A DNA stretch of 64,000 nt from Octopus vulgaris (lineage: Eukaryota), in contig OX597815.1 of the NCBI GenBank assembly GCA_951406725.2, forward strand, positions 169,694,001 to 169,758,000, read 5' to 3'. Below the pieces are notes generated by a model. The model was not told the DNA's origin and searched no databases. It worked only from the letters and a program-made list of their open reading frames with translations. How positions within the stretch are numbered: position 1 is the stretch's first letter; each line of letters opens with the position of its first letter. A program made the position numbers and the translations under genes. Positions 54,086 to 64,000 of this stretch are shown here, piece after piece.

Positions 54086-54097
54086 CATTATTATTAT
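53914..54097. repeat. Compound (ATT)n/(GTT)n/(ATC)n microsatellite
   Basis: Direct reading; adjacent to the 3' end of the Dong/R4 fragment. Confidence 0.97.
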
Positions 54098-54380
54098 TCT
54101 ATGTTTGACTTTTGCTTTATATTTGTACAAGTTGGCTCCAAGTCTCACCCGGAGACCTCAAGAGACAACAGGTTGGAAGTTCACGTTGTTGTTATGCCTA
54201 GTGTGCCATATATTTGGTTGTTTTTTTTTTGTGTTGTACTAGTGGATGTCTAAAAAAAAAATGTTTGTTTTAAACCTTGAGATTACATAGAAAGTATTTT
54301 GCGTAGGATATGAGCAGTTCCCATGAGCACTATCTTTTGAATTTCTGCCATTTTTGGGTTTCCTGGTATCTGAGTTAGGT
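54098..54380 (-). mobile_element. Dong/R4-clade LINE 3' end
   Basis: 54378-54283 (minus) translates LTQIPGNPKMAEIQKIVLMGTAHILRKILSM*, matching the R4/Dong C-terminal QK..L.GTA.ILRK.L motif. The 3'UTR runs into a long (TAA)n tract. Confidence 0.8.
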
Positions 54381-56137
54381 TATTATTAGTCTGTTTTTAA
54401 ATGGAGAAAACTATTCTGGCAGGCTTCGAACTCGAGACAAAAGAAAAAAGCACCCTACAAAGTTACTAAACAATACAGAACTGAAACTTAATGATTTAAC
54501 TTCGAAGGTGGAGGAAATGAAAAGTTTAAGTCATCTTTTCGAGATCGATAAGTACCAGTCAAGTAGTGGAGTCTATGTAATCGACAGGGCCAAACTATAA
54601 TGAATGCTATAATGACCCAATTGATTATGAAACTCAAATGCAAATATTTTCTTTTACTAAATTGATCAGTTAACACAGAAGACAGGAACATTAAAATTTG
54701 TTTTTTGGTATTCTTCTTTGATAAGGGATATAGTAGAAGACACTTGCTCAAGGTGCCACGTAGCGGGACTGAACTTGGAACTATGTGGTTGGGAAGCAAA
54801 CTTCTTAACACCCGCCATTGCCAGCGCCTATACGTAAAGGAAGCAATTTCAAATACTCCAGCATGGCCGCAGTCAAATTAAACAAATAAAAAGACACGTG
54901 GCTTAGCGTTTAAAGTGTTGCCCTCGCGATCATAAGATCGTAGTTTCGATTCCTAGGCTTGCTGTACGGTGTGTTCTTGAGCAAAGCACTTTAATTAACG
55001 TTGCTCCAGTCCACTTAGCTGTAAATGTGTAAACCTTGCAACAGGCTGGTGTGTATGTGTGTGTGTGTGTGGTGACATCATTCGACAGCTACAAAACAAT
55101 GTGAAGAAGCGCATTGTGACCAGCGATGTATAACAACATCCAATAGTCTGGTCGATTCTGCGATATGTACGTACACACACACATACACACACACACACAC
55201 ACACACGCACGCGCGCGCGCGCACACACACACACACACGCGCACACACATATATATATATGTATATATTGATTTTCCCATCAGACCGACTCGCTTAACAA
55301 CTAATCTGTTGCGGCAAAAAAATGGTGTGAGAAAAAAATAAAAGAGAAAAGAAAAAGGGTGGCGATAAATAGGATTTATTCAATGCCATATCTATTTTTG
55401 ATAACCCTACCAAGTAAGCTTTCAAAATATAATTTACCAAATAACACTGATACACTAGCCAAAGCATTTATATATCTTTTGCCAACCTAACCCAATATGT
55501 ATTAGTATTACTTTGGCGATATTGGTTTCACTTATTCTCAAATGACATGCCTTCTGTATACAATATTTCTTTTCGCATATGTCGGTATTATAATGCGTGA
55601 TAGCCTTTCTAATAATCGGCGAGGGTTGATGTTACACCATGCGATATATTCGTCGATATAGCGTTATACGATACACCTACTTATAGTAACCGCCTTTGTC
55701 ACGTGATATTAATAAACCAATAATGAATTCTATTGTTTAAATGCCACAGAAGCTTGTAGAATTTTGCAAAATTTGCAGAAAGAGACGATGTTAATTGTAT
55801 TAATAATAAAACACACACCCACACACACAAAAAAGAAATGAAAAATTGAATGAAAATAGAAACAAAATAAATGAGTGAATGAATTATGAGCAAGAAGGGG
55901 AAACTTTGTATAGCAATGTACGAAGAAGGAGAGAGAGAATGAGTGGGAGAGAGAGAGGGGGAAAGAGAGAGGAGAGAGAGGAATATTGTGTAAGTATCTA
56001 TTGTTGAAAGATTAATGAAAGCAAATGTAAAAAGATAATCTAAATATGATACACTTCCTCTTATAATTTTAGCAAAATGGTTATTCTGAAAGTCCTATCG
56101 TCTTTGGGTAGAACAATAGGTTATATTTGACCAATTT

Positions 56138-56437
56138 CTTACTTAGAGTCTTCACTCCCTTTGGCGCATAAGTCACCGACGACTTTTCTCCATTGTTTCT
56201 GAGTCTGGGCTATCAGGTCTTTATTACCCAAGGGTTGTTAGATTTGAATTGTCATCGATCATTCCGTAACTTTCGTTCCTTGTCTTCCTTGGAAGGGCTA
56301 ATCCATATTTATTTGACCCCTGTCCTTTGATCTATCCAGCATGGGAGGTCATATTAAGAACTTGTGCCCCGCCGACATTGCCCTCGGAGTCATTGAGGCA
56401 CATGAAATCACCACACCGCAACAAGAACCGGACCTCA
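56138..56437 (-). mobile_element. Bipartite non-autonomous RTE derivative (5'UTR joined to 3' end)
   Basis: The minus-strand head GCGGTGTGGTG..GTGCCTCAATGACTCCGAGGGCAATGTCGGCGG..CCTCCCATGCTGGA is RTE 5'UTR-like. The tail encodes IAQTQKQWRKVVGDLCAKGSED and ends TAAGTAAG. Confidence 0.6.
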
Positions 56438-56900
56438 TGTTGGCTGATCAATTTCTAGCCTTGTTGATCAATTCTGTCCTTGTTGAGACTTAAAAACGCT
56501 ATTATGAATGAATTAATCCTTTTTGTCAGTGTTGGTACTGTAATGCAGTTTTAGCGGAGTCTTCGTTTATATATATATATAGACGCTGGTGTGGCTGTGT
56601 GGTAAGGAGCTTCCTAAAGACATTGCTCTGAATTCAGTCCCACTGCGTGCCACCTTGGGCAAATATCTTCTAATATAGTCTCGGGCCGACCAAAGCCTTG
56701 TGAGAGGATTTGGTAGAAGGAAACTTAAAGAAGCCTGTTCTGTGTGTGTATACACACACATATGCCCTATTATTCTCTTCGTAGAGTGTTGTGCCAGGTC
56801 GAAGATAGAAAATAATATTGACTTATTGTTTGAAACTGAATACACAGAGCGAAATTGAGTCTATCGATGTTATAGAAATTGTAATACTGTGGGTGTTTTT

Positions 56901-56940
56901 TCTCTGACGAAAGCATAACGAGTCTAGAAACTAATCAGAC
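56901..56940 (+). ncRNA. Possible decayed hammerhead ribozyme
   Basis: TCT-CTGACGA-aagcataacgagtcta-GAAAC-TAATC-AGA. Core spacing and a 3-bp stem I fit, but stem II is poor. Confidence 0.3.
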
Positions 56941-57628
56941 GTATCCCATATTTCTGAGCCTACGGTGAGATAAAACCTATGGTGTAACCACTTAGTTACA
57001 TTTTCATGACCTGAGTAATGCGTTTTAAATTAAAAAAACCCCAAAGACTCTGAGTAATGCGCTGTGAATTAAGTCTTTAAATGTTCTGTGTATCATATGT
57101 AATTCTCAGAACATACTTCCCTGGCATCCATGCATCATATATGAGTATCATATATCATACACATTCCAAATTTTTTCCACCACCAGAGTAATTTGGGAGT
57201 TATGGAAGGAAAGTTTATATATTATTCAGAACGTATGAAACAAGGGCAAATCAAAAGTCTGAAAACAAGCATGGTCGATTAGTGTGAAACTAGGAAAACA
57301 GACAAAGGGTTAATAAATGCAAAAATAACAATGTCTGAACCGTTAGAGGGTGGATTAAGGTGCCTTGCAGTGTGTGTTTCGGTTTTTACATTCTTTAAGT
57401 AACGTCTGCGACGACTCTGGTGCCGTATTGTATCTGCCTGAGTCGGTAGCCTTTCTGCTGAGTAAACATTTGTAGCATAGAGAGATAAGAATGGAATAGA
57501 TGGGCAACTGGCATAGTAAAATCTTGCCCAGGCCAGTGAATATATTTGCTGGTGCCTGACCCACCTTGATGGAGGGCTGGTAATGATGATAGAATGAAGA
57601 ATAGGGGTGAGAGAGAAAGAGAAAGAGT

Positions 57629-57666
<38 letters not shown>

Positions 57667-57932
57667 GGGAGTGAAAAGAAGAGAAAGGTGAGGAGAGAAA
57701 TTGATAGAGGTAGGTACTACATTAATTGATAACAGAGTAATTTCGAGGGAGAGAGGGTGTGTGTATGTGTGTGTATGAGAGAGAGAGAAAGATGGAGAGG
57801 GAGAGAGAGAGAAGATGGAGAGGGAGAGAGAGAGAGAGGGAGAGAGAGAGATGAAAGGGATCATATGAAAAAAATCAATGTGTCTGTGTGAGTGCGAAAT
57901 ATGGCTGGGGAAGGGAAGGAATGAGAGAGAGG

Positions 57933-57988
<56 letters not shown>

Positions 57989-60171
57989 TTAGAGTATGGT
58001 GACAGATAGAAAACACAGAAGATAATATCGGATTATTGATTCAAAGTAAATATAGAGAGCTAAATCTCGTTTGTCGTTGTTAGAGAAATTGTAACTTCGC
58101 TTGATAACCTGAGATGATAGATTCCACTACCATGTATTATTTTGGTTGACCTTGAATCTAGTTCAGTAATTAAGAGTTCGATGAACAGCATTTTTGAAGA
58201 TTCACTTTGTCTTTTGTGCTATCAGATTATAAGAAAAATAAGCGAACTGGGTTGTATTCTGTTATTTTGAATTGAGATATTTTGTTACAGTTATGACGAG
58301 ACGCAAAGAAAAAAACGCACAACAAAAGCAACAAAAACAAGAAAAAACAAAGCATAGTTCAAAACTAAATACACTAATTTTTCTTCCTCTGAAAATCATA
58401 TCTCAAAAATTCTGATATTATTCCCTACAGGAATATTAAAAAAAATCATTAACACGCTGGGAAAAATGTTTAGCGGTATTTCCTCCGTCTTTACGAGTTG
58501 AAATGCCACCGAGGTCAACTTTGCCTTTCAACCTCTTGGGGGCTGCACAATACCTATTTTTTTACTACCCACAAGGGGCTAAACACAGAGGGGACAAACA
58601 AGGACAGACAAACGGATTAAGTCGATTACATCGACCCCAGTGCGTAACTGGTACTTATTTAAATGATCCCGAAAGGATGAAAGGCAAAGTCGACCTCGGT
58701 GGAATTTGAACTCAGAACATAAAGACGGACGAAATGCTGCTAAGCATTTCGCTCGACGTGCTAACGATTTTGCCAGCTCACAGCCTTAACTCGCCATCTT
58801 ATACTAGAATTCAGATATACAAGTGAAAATGTGTTAACGTTACAACAAAGCTCTATGTACTATTGGTCGGTGATCTAGTTTTGTATAACCAGCACACATT
58901 TATTGTTGAAAAGTTGGAAGAAATTATGCAGCGACAGAAAATTACAGGAATAAAATCAATTTTCATTCAACTGGCCTCCTGCTAGTGTTACACGACGATT
59001 CTATTGCAATTCTATGAAGGTCAATGTTCTGACAACAACTTATTATATTATTTAGTGAAGAATTAAGTGGAAAATGTTTTGCTTCGGGTGTTGCATGAGT
59101 GTTAACATACAGAAATGTTATTTCCTCGATTAGGTTTAATACGTCATACTGTTCCCCGACTGAAAAAGAAAACAAAAAAAAAGGTGTCTCTCTGAATACA
59201 TCACTAAATTAGAAATAACAAATTTATGTTTTTGTTGACCTGCAGGCTTACAAAGCTTCAAATTTAACCCCAAATATATTAATATTAATTGATGGGAGGT
59301 CAATTTATTCCTTGAATGGTTATGGAAAATAACATTCGTAAATGACCTGATAACTATTCTCAAGAACGAAGGGAGCTTCGTCACTCTTAGTTATCCTCCT
59401 ACACATATAGTGAAATGTTTACAGCGAATACGGACTTTCTATTCAAGTGAGGGTTGTATAATATGTTGTTCACTAAACCATATAATGAATAGCGGACCAC
59501 ACTGATGTGTAACAGAAAGAAAGCTAAGCATTGAAGTACAAATCTTGATTTTAAATATGCATTTACAATATGGCTGCTACTGGTAATAACGGAACTCACT
59601 TGAGGGAAACAGCAACATATATATTTGTGTGTATATAATATTTTTGTGTGTGATGTCGTTGAGATTTATTTGCATTTGGTTGAGCATGATAAAAGATGCC
59701 GATTACAAATTTAGTGCGATCGTATCTTCTGACGAATTTTGAGTTTGTAGAATTTTTCTTGAGGATAATGCAGGCATGTGTACGTACGTATACATGCACA
59801 TACATTCAAGATTTTACGTTCTTGCTTGAGTTGCTAGAAATAGCAGCCGAATCTCAATCAAATAACAGACAATCGACTTTAGAAAGAAAGAGAAAACATA
59901 TGTTAGGTACTATAGAGCTAGCTATGTTCAGTACGAATGAAAGGAAGGCAGGACAGCTACAGCTAAAATGTCATTTATCATAAGGCTGCTTTATTTAGAA
60001 GATAAGAAAGAGGAAAACTTTAAATGTGGCAGTTACAATTGATCTTAGAATATGGATAATTCAAAGCAACCGTATCTCATTAATATGTATGCAAAAAAGC
60101 GTGCACACGCACGTACACACACACACACACACACAACGAAATGATTTAAAGTAAAACTGGGTTAATATTTT

Positions 60172-60223
<52 letters not shown>

Positions 60224-61304
60224 CATAGAAATATATATAGGCGCGTATACACGCACACACACGCGTGCGCGCGCGCGCACACACATACACATATATATAT
60301 ACATACACACACTCGCACACACAGACACACACACACACAGACACATACACATACTTTCATATATGATTTTATATAATATCTGCATACATACAAGTTAATA
60401 AGCAAACGCAAATAATGTATGTATGTATAGATGGAATATTTCTGCAATATAATCGCTATTTAATTGTTGTCGAAAGGATTCTGGAAATAGAATCCTCAAT
60501 GTCGGCTGCTCCACACTAATCTTCTTTGTGAAATATTTCTGCTCTGTGTCATTACATAGCTATTGTAATCATCGCCTTTCTCTAATCATCCTTTCATTTT
60601 CTTCAATCCGCTGACTTACCCATATCTCTTTTGATGGAATTTTCCTTTTCCTCTAATACCTAACAAGATGATTCCTTCATTGCAACAATACCAACTTCAA
60701 CAACAACAACAGCATTACTAAAATAATATCGACGATGCCATACATCGTTAGAAATAATACCAACAACAAGGTTAATCCACTGTTAATAATTTCAAAGGAT
60801 TCCTCGTATTTCAGCTGACTCATTAATACCTTATATGGATTTATATGTGTCCTGGAATGTGAACAATTCATTCTTGAATATTAAAGTCATTTTTATTAAT
60901 TCATGTGTATTTTATAATTAAACCCACGCTGGAATATGGTTGGTATTAGATCTGAACACAAGGGATTCGATTTTCTTTTCTTTTTTTTTCATACATGGAG
61001 CAATAAGTACAAGTCTCTCCTGCTAACTTCAAATACTAATCTCTTTATTTATGTGATTAATTTTCCGTAACTAAGCAACTGTAAAAATCGTTGGTTCGCT
61101 GTCAATTTTTACAGCGTGTGTCAGATATATATTCTGTTGGGAAAGACATATTTCAAGACAGAAATATGCGATGTGAGCGTAAATAGGCATCTCTCCCTCT
61201 CTCTTTCTCTTCGCGTGTCGTCAGTGTGATGGTTAAATGATTAACAGGGCTGTAACGTGAACCATCCTTTATTATTACATGCAATATAGATTGAGAGAGA
61301 AACA

Positions 61305-61371
<67 letters not shown>

Positions 61372-61404
61372 GAGAGGTAGAGAGAGATCTAGCTCAAGTG
61401 CTTG

Positions 61405-61960
61405 ACCAAGAATTTATCGACCCCGAACGGGATAAAAGGCAAAGTTGACCTCAGTAGTGTTTGGACTCAGAGCACCGTGAGACATAGTAAATATCATAAG
61501 ATTTTCTCTCTGGTATTCTAACGACTCAATGAATGCTCTTATTTGATAAACACCTAATTACATATCCTTTCTAATTTTGGCACAAAGTCAGCAATTTTGA
61601 GGGGAAGCGGAAAGCAATGACATCAAGTCTAGTGCTCAACTGGCACTTATTTTATCGAACTCAAAAGGACAGCCGGAAGAAATGCTTCTAACCATTTTTA
61701 CGATGCAGGAACGATTCAACCAGCTCGCTGCTTTTCACCTAACTAAATATCGATTTTAAATTTTGGCACAAGGGCAGCAGGTTTGGGAGAAGGATCGAGT
61801 CGATTAAATCGACCCCAGTGCTCAACTGGTACTTATTTTATTGACCCCTGAAAGACTGAAAGGCAAAGCCAACGTCGGCGGAATTTGAACTCAGACCGTA
61901 AAGACAGACGAAATGCCCCTAAGCATTTTGACTGGCGATTCTTCTAGCCCGCCGCTTTTC
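61405..61960 (-). mobile_element. Cluster of about three diverged SINE family A copies
   Basis: Same diagnostic motifs. Further copies lie at about 1365-1572, 2225-2437, 8755-8910, 15065-15181, 21270-21660, 27845-28055, 28735-28852, 31795-32215, 58445-58790 and 62325-62445. Confidence 0.75.
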
Positions 61961-63866
61961 ACCTAAGTAAATCTCAACATGATTAAACAAAAATTGATCA
62001 ATAAGGAAGCCATTACATAGTCGCTCAACCTTCTTCAAATAGCCAATCCCCGTAAAACCATGCCCTGCCGAAGTAAATTAGGACAAGACATATTTGATGA
62101 TGGATTCCTACAAAGACCTAAAAAGATGGTAGGTTTATGGATGGAATGTCTTTGATCATAGGACTATGTTAATCAGCGCGTACCCTGGGCTAAGCAACAC
62201 CAACAATAACAACTACAAATTGACAAGTTTGGAATTTTACACGGTCGCTTGATCAGGGCCGTCTGAACACTATTGTCGGTTCCCTTACAGAGCAATGCAC
62301 CGGGGTCTGTATGTACGTAATCGTCGAGGTCGACTTTGCTTTTCGTTCTTTCGGGGCCGATAAAATAAGTACCGCTTGAACAACAAGACCGATGTAATCG
62401 ACTTCCTCCTCTCTTAAAATTGCAGGCATTGTACCATAATTAGAAATACCTACAACATAGTTGGTGTTTAATTCTAGTTCATGTTTATCTCTGTGCGTAC
62501 AAACCTAAGATCAAAGACATCTCAGCTGTGACTATTCTGTCAATTACTTCTCCCCAAGAACATTATACCCTGGCCTATATTATCCAATGTCTCTTTCTTT
62601 CTTGAGAGTTTAGAATATAATTTACAGATGGTCAGGCTTCTATTTCTGGTAGGTCAAATGACCACATAGAAGCTCCTAGGTTTTGTTGGAATAAATGGTA
62701 GGCTTAATCCAATCCCTTGTTTAACACCTCCATCTGGCCCTGGAATGCCGTTTGCAGGGCTGACTATTGCAAATATTCGGATCAGTCTTCGGGTTTGACG
62801 ATAAATTCCTGCCTTCCTCTCACACGTCTCAGAAGTCTTGCACAATAAAAGGCCATGAGCATTGCCGTTGTCTGACTAAACAGTAAAAAGTAGCCATCAA
62901 GTACTGTATGTATATAACTGTATTTATGTCCAAATCTATTACCTTATATTACTGAAACATGTAAATATCGACCAAGACAAAAACCTGAGGGTTTTTGAAC
63001 GAAATGCACCGATTTACAAACAATCCCTTGTCACTCTCAATATCAGAAATGCAGTGAATTTAAGACTAATTTATCGGGAATCTTTGACTAACGACGCTAT
63101 TGTTCACAAGTTGTGGGATGTAACAAGTAAATATTTATTTATACGACAATATGGATTGAGTGGCATATACAAATGTATTGAGGTCAAAACACAATAGATT
63201 CGAATTTATTGATTGTTTATTGAGGTACGATCCTCTAAGCTTATCGTCCAACTGACTGAAAATAGAAAAATCAAAAGTTTCTCTTTAAAATGGCATCCGA
63301 CTGTCTTAATAGAGGAAATAGTCGCAGAAAAACTTGATCTTAAAATAGATGAGACAGTAATGGCTGTAGCACTTTTAGTCAGGGATGACCTGGAACTAAC
63401 CAAGAACAAGGACAACAAAACAAGAACCAGAACAACAAAACAACAACAACGATGCCGATGCCGACAATGGCGACTTAGGTAGATGATGAAAAGCTCATCG
63501 GTGAAAGAATTAAACGGTCATACAAGCATAAATTGATGCTGTTACATGTACAAAATTCGCCTGTAAATAACCTTATATATAATAGAAGAATCATTGATAA
63601 AATCCAATACATAGGCACTTTGATGAACGTAGCTCAGGCAAAGCTAGATGTTGGCGAAATCAAGCCAATTGCAATGTGTACTGTTACATAGTTAAGGCGA
63701 ATATACATTCATTCAAAATCAGTACGTTCGCAACAACCCAACTAGCTTTTCCAGTTATCTGTTTAACCTGAATTCTGACCGTTCAAGTATAATATTCGAA
63801 ACTAGCCGTGCCAGCATGTTGTATTTCGTTAGTACTATAGTATTGTAACGTCTGTCTCCTATCTGT

Positions 63867-64000
63867 GGAGGCGCGTGGCTTAGTGATTAGGGTGTCAGCA
63901 CCATGGTCGTAAGATTGTGTTTCGATTCCTGGACCGGGCGACGCGTTGTGTTCTTGAGCAAAACACTTCATTTCACATTGTTCCAGTCCACTCAGATGGC
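63867..64000 (+). mobile_element. SINE family C, cut by the window end
   Basis: GGAGGCGCGTGGCTTAGTGATTAGGG...TTTCGATTCC...TGTTCTTGAGCAAAACACTTCATTTC. Confidence 0.8.

Noticed and set aside
63213-63482. 89-aa ORF that looks protein-like
   Set aside because: It overlaps a diverged dispersed repeat ending in (AAC)n, similar to about 28520-28710 and 62010-62210, and has no recognisable domain.

Overview
This is AT-rich eukaryotic genomic DNA dominated by microsatellites and retroelements. The repeat families look like those of a coleoid cephalopod, most likely Octopus; that attribution comes from recall, not from a search. I found no supportable host protein-coding exon, and almost all listed ORFs are translations of simple repeats. 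The real coding signal is retroelement-derived: a young 5'-truncated CR1/L2-group LINE with an open reverse transcriptase (RT) frame (40124-42159, minus, 14-bp target-site duplication, TSD), a decayed LINE ORF1-like fragment, several RTE fragments and a Dong/R4 3' end. At least four tRNA-headed SINE families, two MITEs, two minisatellites and two long fold-back hairpins are also present. The most interesting layer is RNA-structural. There are five to seven hammerhead-ribozyme (HHR) motifs in several unrelated sequence contexts. One lies in a highly self-complementary 355-nt unit with a perfect 110-nt terminal direct repeat in (TA)n (15216-15680), which resembles a non-LTR retrozyme able to make a circular RNA. 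Boundaries of old repeats are approximate.
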